In this document: positions 16,263 to 27,594 of the stretch, one piece after another
Layout of the letters: every line of letters starts with the position of its first letter
Numbering within the stretch: position 1 is the first letter of the stretch
Assembly: GCA_020057405.1 (NCBI GenBank)
Contig: JAGVFW010000004.1
Location: forward strand, 121,660-185,659
Origin: an archaeon
Lineage (GTDB): Archaea > Micrarchaeota > Micrarchaeia > Norongarragalinales > UBA97
Length of the DNA: 64,000 nt
Direction: 5' to 3'
Program-made: the position numbers and the translations under genes
The notes under the pieces: model-generated
What the model was told of the DNA's origin: nothing
Database searches by the model: none
The model's input: the letters and a program-made list of their open reading frames with translations, nothing else

Positions 16263-18188
16263 CCAATATGCCGAATTCCCTTGCCTTAGTTCACCTGCCA
16301 CGCCTTAGTATTTTCTACCTGAGCACCTGTACTGGTTCTTGGTACGGACTCTCTACAGGATTGCAACACCGTTTTCAAGGGCCATTGGACTCAACCCACC
16401 TTGCGGTTTTCAGAACTTAAGCTCGTGCTCCTCTTAACGAGACTTCCGAGCCCTGGTTTCTTTAAATGCCCTCTCGGGCACTGGGCCTATCCACTGGCGT
16501 CCGATGTTACCTTGTGTTACCACGCTCCGTAAAGAGGCAAGAGATTATTAACTCCTTTCCCTGATTTCGACCTACGCGATTACGCTTGGTCTTAGGACCG
16601 GCTTACTCTAGCTCGACTAGCGTTGGCTAGAAACCCTTGCTCTTTCGGCGTCCGGGATTCTCGCCCGGAATAGATGCTACTAGCACCAGGATCTTCATTA
16701 CTACCCGCTCCACAAGACCTCACGGCCTTGCTTCTGGGCAAGCAGTACGCCCTCCTACTCAATCCCGCGGCTCTGCCGCGGTTGCTGCAGTATCGGTGAT
16801 ATACTTAGTCCCGGAAGTTTACGATGCCACAAACCTTGACGGGTCCGCTGTTACGCGTTGTTTAACGGATGGCAGCTTCTGTTCCTACCGCCCCGCTGTC
16901 TATGGAATATGACATCTTGATGAGTAACACTCAGTATATGCTTAGGGACCTTAACTGCAGTAGGGGTCGTTCCCCTCTCGCCGTCCGCGCTTAACTCGGA
17001 CTGGCCAACTCCCAATGTCTACAGCAACCATGGCTTCGGAGTTGGACAAGAAAGTGAGGATTTTACTCCCCGTTCTTTCGAATCCGTCGCTCTACCCATG
17101 GTCCGCCTCGATCGGGGCTGTACTGCGGTACACTTCGGAGGGAACCCGCTATCGCCGGGCTCGTATGGACTTTCACCCCTACACGCAAATCACCCAAGAA
17201 GATATACTATCACTGGATGCGGGCTTCCACCGTCCGGGAGGACGGTTTCACCCTGTTCGCGCGTAGTTCGTTCCGGCTTCGGGTCTGTAAAAAGTGACTA
17301 AACGCGAGTTACCACGTCTTCCCTGGGACCTTACGGCCTTGCGGAATTTCGCTTTCGCTATGCACAATGCTCGCCACTCCCTACAACTCCCTGGCTCTTG
17401 CTTCAAGAAGGATGACTGGACGCCGTTGCCTTGCGGCCCTTTATCGCCCAATCTTCTTGTGGCCAACCAGTTTCAGGCACTTTTAACTAGCCTTTCGGCT
17501 TGCTTTTCAACTTTCGCTCACGCTACTCAATACGCTATCGGTTTCAGATTATATTTAGGGTTACAAGTCAATGACTCGCATCTTCACACCACCTTCTCAA
17601 GCGATGCTACTCTGGAACTCGGCTCACCCAATGAACTACTGCCTACGCGGCTGTCACGCTTTATCGCGCCCTTTTCCAAGGGTCTTCGGCTAAGAACACT
17701 GGTGTTAAACGCCGGTCCGAACACCACATCCGAGCCTCTGTTACCAAAGGCCGTTCGGTTTGCCCTATTCCGCGTTCGATCGCTCTACTGACGGAATCTC
17801 AGTTGATTTATTTTCCTCCGCTTACTAAGATATTTCAATTCAGCGGGTCTTCGCTTCTTCCGAAGCAATTCGGGAATCCCGGGTTAAATGGCTGGATGCG
17901 CCTACCCCGGGCTTTTCGCAGCTTCCCACGCCCTTCGTCGCTATCTGAACCTAGTCATCCACTGGCTGGCTATAGCTAGTAGCCTCAAATGCTCTACTAC
18001 AATCCGATATCTCGGATATAATGTGAACACTAAAAGGCTTCCTTACACCTACACAGCCTCATAAGCTGCCCGGTGCCTTGCGGCACACGAGCAAATCGGC
18101 ACTTCGTTGCGAACACCGGCGGCCAGCCGGACTTACTCCGCAAGCGCATAACGCCCAAAACGGTTTTGACGCCGTCAACGGGCACGAA

Positions 18189-18297
18189 TGGACTCGGTGG
18201 GACTTTCCCCAACCTGCTCTTGCCAGAAGAGCCGGAGGCTTTGAACCCACGACCTCCTGCTTGCAAAGCAGGCGCGCTACCACTGCGCTACGAGCCC
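18189..18297 (-). tRNA. tRNA-Ala(TGC) in the rRNA spacer, with a T-loop intron (59/60, about 18203-18239)
   Basis: 72-nt cloverleaf after removing a 37-nt hairpin insert. Confidence 0.9.
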
Positions 18298-18342
18298 ACG
18301 CTAAACTAACACCGGCGCCCTCTTTCGAGAGCGCCTGAATGT

Positions 18343-18370
18343 TGACAGGTTCTAATTTGGTAGAGTGCTT
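18343..18370 (-). repeat. 3' arm of pre-16S processing stem with BHB (pairs with about 19975-20001)
   Basis: GACAGGUUCUAA-GGUA-AGA pairs with UACC-AAA-UUAGAACCUGUC. Confidence 0.75.
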
Positions 18371-18411
18371 TTGAAACTTCTACCCTCCAGCACTTAGGTC
18401 TTGCTGCCTAT

Positions 18412-19933
<1,522 letters not shown>

Positions 19934-20249
19934 TGGCGCGCCTCCGAAGAGGCGCGCGCTTGGTCGCAAGATCTAAGCACTATCTTACCTTAGAACCTGT
20001 CGTCGCAGCCCAAAGACATTCTAGCGCGTGGGAGCGCATGAAAGCTTACTTGAGTGCCCATGACTGCTATAGTGGAATAAAGTGGATTTTTCATGCCAGC
20101 AACAGACTCACGCGCGCCCATTCATTGCAGAAATAGGCTAATAGACGCCGTATGAACCTGTAAAACTGCTGTCGAATCCGCCGGGACTACAGCAAAACGC
20201 GACACTTCAGTCTCACCCTGAAATGCCTACTGTATAACGCCTCCCGAGG

Positions 20250-20257
20250 TATTTAAA
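20250..20257 (-). promoter_or_regulatory. Probable rRNA operon TATA box
   Basis: TTTAAATA on the minus strand about 320 nt upstream of 16S. Confidence 0.55.
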
Positions 20258-20325
20258 GGTGTCGATAATCAACGATTGAAACGGTTTTAAGAAAAAAGAG
20301 TGCCGGCAAAAGCCGGCTAAAGAAC

Positions 20326-20745
20326 TTACGCGCGAAGCTTGGGCACGGCGTTCGACGCCTTGGGCCTTAGGCTTGAGACCTTGGGCTTAATGCTCGACGG
20401 CACCGGTTTTTTGCCAAACGCGAAAAGCTTGGGCTTTGCCGAAGACACTTTGGGCGTTATGCTGGATGCCCTGGGCTTCACCGTCGAGGCGACGGGCTTG
20501 ATTGCCGAAGGAACTGGCCTGCCAATCACGTAAGGCTTGGGCACGACGTTAGACGCCTTGGGCTTGACGCTTGAGGCAACGGGCTTGACGTTCGACGGCA
20601 GGGGCTTTTCCGCAAACGGCGTGGGAACATCCATGAAAGCCTTGGGCACCATCGAGGACGGCACGGGCTGCAGCGCACTTGCAAAGGCGGGAGTCAGGAT
20701 GAAACCCAACAGCGCGAAGGCGAGCGCGAATTTACCAACATTCAT
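20326..20745 (-). CDS. Secreted Pro/Ser/Lys heptad-repeat protein
   Basis: Signal peptide ending AFA; P-x-x-S-S/N-x-K repeats; GGTGA SD. Confidence 0.75.
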   Translation of the reverse strand: MNVGKFALAFALLGFILTPAFASALQPVPSSMVPKAFMDVPTPFAEKPLPSNVKPVASSVKPKASNVVPKPYVIGRPVPSAIKPVASTVKPRASSITPKVSSAKPKLFAFGKKPVPSSIKPKVSSLRPKASNAVPKLRA

Positions 20746-20863
20746 TTCAAATCACCTGATAGTGATTCTGGCGGGGCGGCTAGATATCCAAGCGCAAATT
20801 GTTAGGCCACAGGCTAATCCAAGAAAACAAGCTTAAGAACAAAAACGCGGATTTCGTCAGCAA

Positions 20864-21178
20864 CTAGTAGACGCCAAAACTTGCTAGCTCGCCCTCGACT
20901 TTCTCCATGTCCTCGAGGAGCTCGCGCAGGAGCTTTTTCGTGAGGATGCGGTTCTTGTTCTTCGTAGCGAGCTTGATGCGGATGTCGGCGACCTGCGAGC
21001 GCATACGCGTGCGGTCCTCAATCAGGCGCATCACGCGGTCCGACTGTCCTGCAGCAACGGCCTGCCTGCTCTCGCCGACGATGAATTTGCGGTAAAGCAG
21101 GTAGAGCAGCACGAAGACTAGGATGACGATGATTGCGTCGAGAACCAAGCTCAGCTCTGCGTTAACGGCCATTGCCAA
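20864..21178 (-). CDS. Hypothetical protein, one TM helix plus coiled coil
   Basis: Hydrophobic N-terminal helix and heptad-like C-terminus. Confidence 0.65.
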   Translation of the reverse strand: MAMAVNAELSLVLDAIIVILVFVLLYLLYRKFIVGESRQAVAAGQSDRVMRLIEDRTRMRSQVADIRIKLATKNKNRILTKKLLRELLEDMEKVEGELASFGVY

Positions 21179-21245
21179 GGCATTACGCAGGTCGGGTTAA
21201 AAAGGTTAAAGAAGGGTTCTGCCGACAGTCTAGCAGGTGATACTT

Positions 21246-21641
21246 ATGTCAGATGAAAACGAAGAAGTTGATTTTCCCGAAGAGTCGCCAGGCCGGAGGA
21301 AAGGTAGTGGAAAGAGCGCTGCAGACCGGACAGCCGAGGCCTTGCTGACTAAGTTCATGCTAACGCTTACTAACAAGGGCGTCGTCCACCAGCCAATTAA
21401 GGACCAGCATCGCGTGTCCCTCGGCCCTTCAAACCGCACGCCCCTTACTAGCATCGCGAATGAAATGGAAATCGCCGTGCATAAGTCGGACCTAGGAGCG
21501 CAGCGGACGGCCTACCTTAGTGGATTGAAAGCGCTTGCGGTACAACACGCGAAAAGCTCGACGCACAAGATTAAGATTACGCGCGGACATACCGGCCCAG
21601 GGCAATACCACGCGGACATCTCCCTCGTTAGGCGGAGATAG
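21246..21641 (+). CDS. Hypothetical protein
   Basis: CAGGTGA SD precedes ATG at 21246. Confidence 0.6.
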   Translation: MSDENEEVDFPEESPGRRKGSGKSAADRTAEALLTKFMLTLTNKGVVHQPIKDQHRVSLGPSNRTPLTSIANEMEIAVHKSDLGAQRTAYLSGLKALAVQHAKSSTHKIKITRGHTGPGQYHADISLVRRR

Positions 21642-21678
21642 GCGCCGGGTATTTTGCAATCATACCGTTGGGTGCAAG

Positions 21679-24510
21679 CTAGCCGCGTTCGAGAACGGTC
21701 TGGCCGGCAACCGGATCGAGGTTGTAGAGGTCGTAGCCAACCCCGTTGTTCACGTCGCGGTTTCCTTGGAAGATGTTGCCTCGCATGCCTAGTATGTTGA
21801 AATTCAAGTCGCCAGAATAGTATCCCTGCAGGGCATAGTTGAGCCGATAGCCTTGCCTGCGTTCGTCTCCGTTTTGGTAGGTTGAACCGGATTGGCCGCA
21901 CTCGGCATACGCCCGGTTGGACACGTAGTTCGGGTCGACATAAACAGTCTGCAGATAGTTCCGACGAACTTCGTTACCAAGCACCTGGTTTTCGTTCCAT
22001 TGCCTGAAGTACTCGTTCAGAGCTAGTTGCATTACAGCGCAATACTTGCCGTTGGTGTTAGTTATTGAATTGTCGGCCAAGTAGTTTCGCATCACTGGCT
22101 GATAGAAGAACGGATTTCTTAGCGGGTCGTTAAAGCTCGTTGCGTCGATTGCGGGCGACCTCATGATAATCGGACCAGTTTCAGCAAGCGTGTTTGAGGC
22201 GTACACGACGTCATAAGCGCCGTTGTAAAGGTAGAGCGGCAGCATCACGTTCGAAAGCTGGTTGTTGTAGATTATGTTTTGGTAGGCGGAGTACGGCACG
22301 AGCGTGTAGAAGCTGCCGGCGGCGGGCGGGATGTCCCAAGGCTTGTCGACAGTCAACTGGCTGTTGGAACGCGAAGTCACTATCCGCACTTGGCCCGCTC
22401 CCTGGCCTGAAAGTATCGTCACGGCAGTCCGCGAGTTGAAGCCGGTCTTGCCCACCCAGTTCTTTGTGGAATCGGTCAGGTAGGTGGCGCCACCGCCTGT
22501 TGCAGTGCCGTAATCTTGAATCTGTTCAGTGTCCTCTCGCGCCTGTTGCGTCATGAACTCTTCTCCATCATTGCGGAATTGATCGTCGTTCTGCGGCCGC
22601 TCGCCAATGTTCTGAATACGGTTGTTGATTATCGCTGCGCCGGGGTCGAAAGAAAATTCTAGGCCGCCGGTTTCGGTCCGGTCGTTCTTGCGGATGCTGT
22701 TGTTCAATATGAAGGTGTTGCCGTCGAAGACCGCGTACTTGAAGTCGGTAAAGAGAATCCGGCCTGCCTCCCGGTCAAAGGTGTTTCCGCGGACAGTCAG
22801 GTACTTTCCGTATAATCCCCAAATGGGATACCACCTGCGGCCGGGATAACGGTAGTTTACGCCCGAAAGCAGTAGGTAATCCGAGTTGACGAAATTCATT
22901 GACTTGGAGGAAAGCGCGTTGATGTACAGGTTCTTGAGGATAATTTTGGAGGCATAAACGCTGCAGTAGGGCGTCTGGCAGCCGCCGCCCGAATCGGTCC
23001 TAATTGAGTGCTCAAGGGCATCACCGCGGTCGGGCGCTTCGGAGTAATTAACGTTAATCAGAGACAAGTCCATCGCGCCAACTCGCGTGGCGCCGTTCCT
23101 AAACGTGATTGCGCCATCGCAGCAGTTGCTGATGTTGTAGTTGACTTTAGTGAGCAGCGGACCGTCTCCCTTGAGAACCACGTTTGAAGGCAACCAAATG
23201 CCGCTGCGGATAAGGTAATCGCCCGTAGGAACGTAAACCGTACCGCCGCCAGCAGCTGAAGCGGCAGCAATGGCCGCGTTGAAAGCAGGAATTTCATTCA
23301 CCAAACCACTGCCTTGAGCGCCATAATCACGCACGTTAAACGTCCTTGACGCGATTTGCGCAAACTCGCCAGCCCAGAACACGTCAAGGCCCCAGGGGTC
23401 TGAAGAAACGGACGCGCCCCTAACAACGTCGTCTGAAAACGCGTCGCCAAAGGACCCTCCGAGACCGTTGTTGACCTTCACGCGGTAGTTAACACCTTGG
23501 GCAAGTGAAGGGGCAGTCAAGGCGAGGTAATAGGGCGTCGACTCCGAACTTAGCACGCTTGCCGCAATCGTGTTGTTCTGGGAATCAACAAACCAAGCTG
23601 AAGGCGAGTGACCCGAAACCTGCATGTTTCGACCGAACACCCTTACCTTGACTCCAGCGTAGGCATACTCCGCGTCAACCATAGTAACGCGCGGCTTGTT
23701 CGCAAACCACTCGTTGCTCCGGCCGCCTGACTGGTCCTCAAGCCAAATAGCATACAATCCAGCTGGCGTCGCTTGTGGAACTCGGCCCTGAAGCACAACG
23801 CTCGAATAACTCACGAACTGTATCTGAACTGCAGCGTCACGAACACCCGTGTCCGAAACACGCTGAACCATCAGCTTGGCTTGAGATTGCGGCGTAAACT
23901 TACCGCCAACGAGGTTGAACGCGTCGTCGGGGTTAAGCGACTCGCTCCCGTAATAAATTCTGGCGCCCGAATCGCCGGGCTCGGGGGTCGGGCTGGGTGA
24001 CGGAGATGAAGATGGAGTTGGGGATGGCGAACCGCTTGGCGTCGGCGAGGGAGAACTGTTTGAAGCGGGACTTGGCGAGCCAATGGGCGTCGGAGACGGC
24101 GAAACTGAAGGACCGGGCGTAGGCACAGGCGTAACGACCGCACCGCCGACGCAGTAAACTGGATCAACCAAAGTCACCCCGGTACAGGCGGCGAGACACT
24201 CATTCCAATAAGTACGGGCGTCAGAAGCGCACACGGGACGGTAAACCCCGCTGCAACCACAATTAACCGGAATCGGCGCAGGCGTCGGATTCACAGACGG
24301 GCTAGGCGACACCTCAGGTTGGGGTGTCGGGGTCGCGCCAACATCGCGAGTAGAATTCGTTATCCGGCGGATCAAGTCTGCTGCGTCGTGGAGACCCACG
24401 AACGCAAGGCCTAGAATAACGATGCCGAGCACGGTAAAGCCGATGAAAAGCAAAGCTGGCCGGTCCAAATCCACGAAAAAGTAACTGCAGAACACTATAT
24501 TTATCTTCAC
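21679..24510 (-). CDS. Membrane-anchored surface protein: Kazal domain, P/S/T linker, Ig-like region, pectate-lyase-like beta-helix
   Basis: TM helix; CGC..YRPVCASDARTYWNECLAAC; PSPTP repeats; FNVRDYGAQG...GGGTVYVPTGDY. Confidence 0.8.
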   Translation of the reverse strand: MKINIVFCSYFFVDLDRPALLFIGFTVLGIVILGLAFVGLHDAADLIRRITNSTRDVGATPTPQPEVSPSPSVNPTPAPIPVNCGCSGVYRPVCASDARTYWNECLAACTGVTLVDPVYCVGGAVVTPVPTPGPSVSPSPTPIGSPSPASNSSPSPTPSGSPSPTPSSSPSPSPTPEPGDSGARIYYGSESLNPDDAFNLVGGKFTPQSQAKLMVQRVSDTGVRDAAVQIQFVSYSSVVLQGRVPQATPAGLYAIWLEDQSGGRSNEWFANKPRVTMVDAEYAYAGVKVRVFGRNMQVSGHSPSAWFVDSQNNTIAASVLSSESTPYYLALTAPSLAQGVNYRVKVNNGLGGSFGDAFSDDVVRGASVSSDPWGLDVFWAGEFAQIASRTFNVRDYGAQGSGLVNEIPAFNAAIAAASAAGGGTVYVPTGDYLIRSGIWLPSNVVLKGDGPLLTKVNYNISNCCDGAITFRNGATRVGAMDLSLINVNYSEAPDRGDALEHSIRTDSGGGCQTPYCSVYASKIILKNLYINALSSKSMNFVNSDYLLLSGVNYRYPGRRWYPIWGLYGKYLTVRGNTFDREAGRILFTDFKYAVFDGNTFILNNSIRKNDRTETGGLEFSFDPGAAIINNRIQNIGERPQNDDQFRNDGEEFMTQQAREDTEQIQDYGTATGGGATYLTDSTKNWVGKTGFNSRTAVTILSGQGAGQVRIVTSRSNSQLTVDKPWDIPPAAGSFYTLVPYSAYQNIIYNNQLSNVMLPLYLYNGAYDVVYASNTLAETGPIIMRSPAIDATSFNDPLRNPFFYQPVMRNYLADNSITNTNGKYCAVMQLALNEYFRQWNENQVLGNEVRRNYLQTVYVDPNYVSNRAYAECGQSGSTYQNGDERRQGYRLNYALQGYYSGDLNFNILGMRGNIFQGNRDVNNGVGYDLYNLDPVAGQTVLERG

Positions 24511-24531
24511 AAGCGGTTTGTCTTACTGCAC

Positions 24532-25377
24532 ATGGCAATAGGGGAAATCGCGGGCTCGCTTGCGGCACTAGGCAGTGCCGGCAGCTCGCTCATCCAACGA
24601 AAAGTATTGCGCCATGACCGGACAAGCCACTTGAGCTACGCAGTGCTCTACAACTTCGGAGGCGCCCTCGTGCTCTTGCCGTTCCTCTACTATTACCCGC
24701 CCATTCCCACCAACCCGGCAGGATGGCTTTACGCAGGGATTGCAACCACGCTTTGGGCAATCATCGGCGTGCTGGGGTTTTTTAACACAAAGAAAGTCGA
24801 AGCACCTAAACTGATTGTCCTCAAGCGCTTCAAGGTCGTCGCAATCGCGGCAATGAGCGTATTTTTCCTAGGTGAAGTACTCTCGCCGCAAAAAATTGGT
24901 GCGCTCCTGCTCATAATCGCAAGCGCGCTCTTGCTCACTTACGATGGAAAGAAACTCAAGCTAGACCGCCAGTCACTCTTGGTGCTCTTCACGGCGTTTC
25001 TTACGGCAGGCGTGGTAATTGCGGACAAGGCCGCGCTTGCGTACTTCCCCCTGACTGCCTACGCGTTCATCGTTTTTCTCGTGCCTGGCCTCCTGGTCTT
25101 CGGCTACGCGAAAACGAGCTTCAACGCGCACTTGACCAACTTAAGCGGGCTCAAAAGGTGGGTTGCCGCCGACGTGCTCGTCGACGCGGCCACCTATTTG
25201 CTCATCCTCTTCGCGCTCCAAAACCTGTCCGCAACTTCAGTCGTGCTTTTGCAGGAACTATCGCTGCCCCTAGTCGCAGTAGGCGGGATAGTCCTGCTTC
25301 GGGAAAAGCGCGACTTGAAGAAAGTGGCCATGGCAGTCGCGCTTGCCCTCGCAGGCAGCGTGCTGCTCGTCATCTAG
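24532..25377 (+). CDS. EamA/DMT family transporter
   Basis: About 10 TM helices with repeated FLGE/LLRE motifs. Confidence 0.82.
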   Translation: MAIGEIAGSLAALGSAGSSLIQRKVLRHDRTSHLSYAVLYNFGGALVLLPFLYYYPPIPTNPAGWLYAGIATTLWAIIGVLGFFNTKKVEAPKLIVLKRFKVVAIAAMSVFFLGEVLSPQKIGALLLIIASALLLTYDGKKLKLDRQSLLVLFTAFLTAGVVIADKAALAYFPLTAYAFIVFLVPGLLVFGYAKTSFNAHLTNLSGLKRWVAADVLVDAATYLLILFALQNLSATSVVLLQELSLPLVAVGGIVLLREKRDLKKVAMAVALALAGSVLLVI

Positions 25378-25415
25378 AAGGTTTAATTCACTATTCCCCA
25401 CACAAGAATACTGAC

Positions 25416-25500
25416 GCAGGGGTGGCAGAGCCTGGCCAAATGCGATGGGTTTAGGGCCCATTCCCTTAGGGGTTCGAGAGTTCAAATCTCTCCCCCTGCA
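25416..25500 (+). tRNA. tRNA-Leu(TAG), intronless
   Basis: 85-nt cloverleaf with long variable arm; ATGGG-TTTAGGG-CCCAT anticodon arm. Confidence 0.95.
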
Positions 25501-25510
25501 TAGTGTAACT

Positions 25511-25534
25511 TACTAGAGTCTTCCCTCTCCAGCT
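25511..25534 (+). repeat. Cassette boundary site 1 (degenerate half site)
   Basis: TACTAGAGTC-TTCCCTCTCCAGCT. Confidence 0.6.
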
Positions 25535-25585
25535 TAGGCAGTCGCCTCAACGCGCCTAGTTGCGAGCAGTACGAGGATAATACTA

Positions 25586-25608
25586 TTTAAATATTAGAAT
25601 TTTCTAAT
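25586..25608 (+). promoter_or_regulatory. TATA box plus palindromic operator for the ArsR gene
   Basis: TTTAAATA followed by ATTAGAA-TT-TTCTAAT. Confidence 0.6.
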
Positions 25609-25615
25609 GTGTTAG

Positions 25616-25930
25616 ATGGACAAGGAGCTTTACAAGATTCATGCGGATGTTTGCAAGGTTTTTTCCAACCCGGCGAGGCTGGAAATCCTTGACTTGCTTA
25701 GGGGCAAGGGAATGTCCGTTTCCGAACTCACCAGGCGGACGGGGTTGAGTCAAGCAAACGTTTCGCAGCACTTGTCGGTAATGAAGTCCAAGGGCATCGT
25801 GTCTTACAGGCGGAAGGGAAAGAACGTCTATTACTCGCTTTCAAACCCGAAGGTAGTTAAGGCATTCGACTTGATGCGCGAAGCGCTGGTAGAAAACCTC
25901 GCCAAGCGCTTTAAAGGAGGGCGGAACTGA
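25616..25930 (+). CDS. ArsR/SmtB family transcriptional regulator
   Basis: FSNPARLEILDLL, SVSEL, SQANVSQHL and RRKGKNVYYSL motifs. Confidence 0.9.
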   Translation: MDKELYKIHADVCKVFSNPARLEILDLLRGKGMSVSELTRRTGLSQANVSQHLSVMKSKGIVSYRRKGKNVYYSLSNPKVVKAFDLMREALVENLAKRFKGGRN

Positions 25931-25931
25931 A

Positions 25932-26246
25932 ATGGCGAAACTGGCGGTAGTTATCAGTTCCAACGAGCCGGAAAAGGCGTGGAACGCTTTCAGGTTCTCA
26001 ACCCTGGCGCTTGGGAAAAAAGACGAAGTAAGCGTTTTTCTCATGAATAGTGGCGTCGAATGCCTTGTTGACTCGGAAAAATACGACGTCAAGGCGCTTT
26101 CGGACAAATTCGAGCAGAACGGGGGGAAGGTGCTCGCCTGCGGCACCTGCGTGAAAAACAGGAGCATGGGAAACGTCTGCGAGATTTCAAACATGGAAAC
26201 GTTCTACAACCTCGTCACCGAGAGCGATAGGGCAATTTACTTCTAA
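25932..26246 (+). CDS. DsrE/DsrF-like sulfur-relay protein
   Basis: EKAWNAFRF, VFLMNSGVE and LACGTC motifs. Confidence 0.82.
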   Translation: MAKLAVVISSNEPEKAWNAFRFSTLALGKKDEVSVFLMNSGVECLVDSEKYDVKALSDKFEQNGGKVLACGTCVKNRSMGNVCEISNMETFYNLVTESDRAIYF

Positions 26247-26257
26247 AACCAACCCGC

Positions 26258-26298
26258 GCTTCAGACTCTAGAAACATACTAGAGTCACTCCCCCTGCA
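26258..26298 (+). repeat. Cassette boundary site 2
   Basis: GCTTCA-GACTCTAG-AAACATA-CTAGAGTC-A-CTCCCCCTGCA. Confidence 0.85.
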
Positions 26299-26310
26299 TG
26301 TTCTATCTTT

Positions 26311-26898
26311 CTATAGTCTGCGCTGAAAAAGAATAGATTTCACTCGACTGCCCAGCCACGTGTGAAAATATGATTTAACCGGGGTGAATCCGTCGCGAAG
26401 AAATTGACTAATTCTAGGCTTGTTCGCGGCATGTGTATCGCTAAGTGCGTACGTACAACCAATAGAGCGAGCATGCGACAATCGGGCGTCAGTAAGCATG
26501 GTGGAGATTTTTTCTCGACGAAAGTCTCTATCTACGAATACTCCGTGCAAATGATAGTAGTTTCCAGGCTCAAGTAACTTATCGAATCGATGATTGTGAT
26601 ATTCGGGATCATAGCGCTCGCCCAATGCCATTCCAACAATACGGTTTCTCGAATTCCTTGCAACGAGAAGAATGGCACTGTCGCCACGTTTTTCACGCAA
26701 GGCCACCATCATCTTGGCTAATTTGGTTGCGTCCCCTCGTTTTTTCAATACCTTTTCGTGAGGGGGCTCAGTGTAACACTGAAAGAAAATGTCTCCGATT
26801 CTTCGCATATCTGTTCTTGAAGGATTCCGCCCAAGTTCGTGGATCGTGAATGTCAGTTGACTAGCACCAGCCATCGTGGGAACACCTGTAGATACCAT
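26311..26898 (-). CDS. GNAT family acetyltransferase
   Basis: IVGMA, LHGVFVDRDFRREKI and N...F..DGF motifs; more AT-rich than neighbours. Confidence 0.75.
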   Translation of the reverse strand: MVSTGVPTMAGASQLTFTIHELGRNPSRTDMRRIGDIFFQCYTEPPHEKVLKKRGDATKLAKMMVALREKRGDSAILLVARNSRNRIVGMALGERYDPEYHNHRFDKLLEPGNYYHLHGVFVDRDFRREKISTMLTDARLSHARSIGCTYALSDTHAANKPRISQFLRDGFTPVKSYFHTWLGSRVKSILFQRRL

Positions 26899-26947
26899 GA
26901 CATCTGGCCATTAAAAATATCACATTCAACGAAAATCCCGAGCACAC

Positions 26948-26987
26948 CTTCAGACTCTAGTACGTTTCTAGAGTTACTCCCCCTGCA
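26948..26987 (+). repeat. Cassette boundary site 3
   Basis: CTTCA-GACTCTAG-TACGTTT-CTAGAGTT-A-CTCCCCCTGCA. Confidence 0.85.
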
Positions 26988-27066
26988 GCTCGTATCTTTC
27001 CAAAGTCTTACGGTTCGCGCCAGTAGGCATATATAGCTGAATTACGTCTATTTACATGGTGATTGC

Positions 27067-27315
27067 ATGCGAACTACACTTGAATTCGGGGGTTTGCCCG
27101 AGGCTATCCTCCAGAAGGCTGTTGAGTTGGGCATAGCGCGGTCCAAGACTGCTGCGCTCAGGATGGGAATTTTCTCTTTAAACAAGGAATTTCATCTCGT
27201 GGAAAATCCCGAGGCTGAACTCGTTTCACGCAAGCTGGCCGAAGAAGAGAAGGAAATGAAGAAAAACAAAGTCAAGTATTTGAGCGAGAAGGAAGCTCTT
27301 TCAAAGTACAGGTGA
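27067..27315 (+). CDS. Putative antitoxin (RHH-like)
   Basis: MRTTL...KAVELGIARSKTAALR; directly upstream of a RelE-like gene. Confidence 0.65.
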   Translation: MRTTLEFGGLPEAILQKAVELGIARSKTAALRMGIFSLNKEFHLVENPEAELVSRKLAEEEKEMKKNKVKYLSEKEALSKYR

Positions 27316-27321
27316 GGCTCT

Positions 27322-27594
27322 TTGGACTTAACGCCTTACCGTCTCGACTTCAAGCCCGGTTGGGACCGCCACTTCAAGGACTTCGACAAGAGCGTACAGC
27401 AACTAATTCTGAAAAAGCTCGAGCACATGAAACAACCATTGCAAGCGAGAGGATTGCACAGCTCGCGTTACCGCGTAGAAGAAGCGGGAGGCTATAGGAT
27501 CGCCCTCATTCAAGACGACGAAAACAGAATCAAACACATTCATTTTGTCGGCAACCACCCGCAATACGAAAAATGGTATTCCGGAAAGGAATAG
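27322..27594 (+). CDS. RelE/ParE-like toxin
   Basis: 90-aa basic protein with FKDFDKSVQQLILKKL, GGYRI and FVGNH..YEKWY. Confidence 0.7.
   Translation: MDLTPYRLDFKPGWDRHFKDFDKSVQQLILKKLEHMKQPLQARGLHSSRYRVEEAGGYRIALIQDDENRIKHIHFVGNHPQYEKWYSGKE

Noticed and set aside
23940-24340. Short tandem DNA repeats
   Set aside because: They are explained by Pro/Ser/Thr linker codons.
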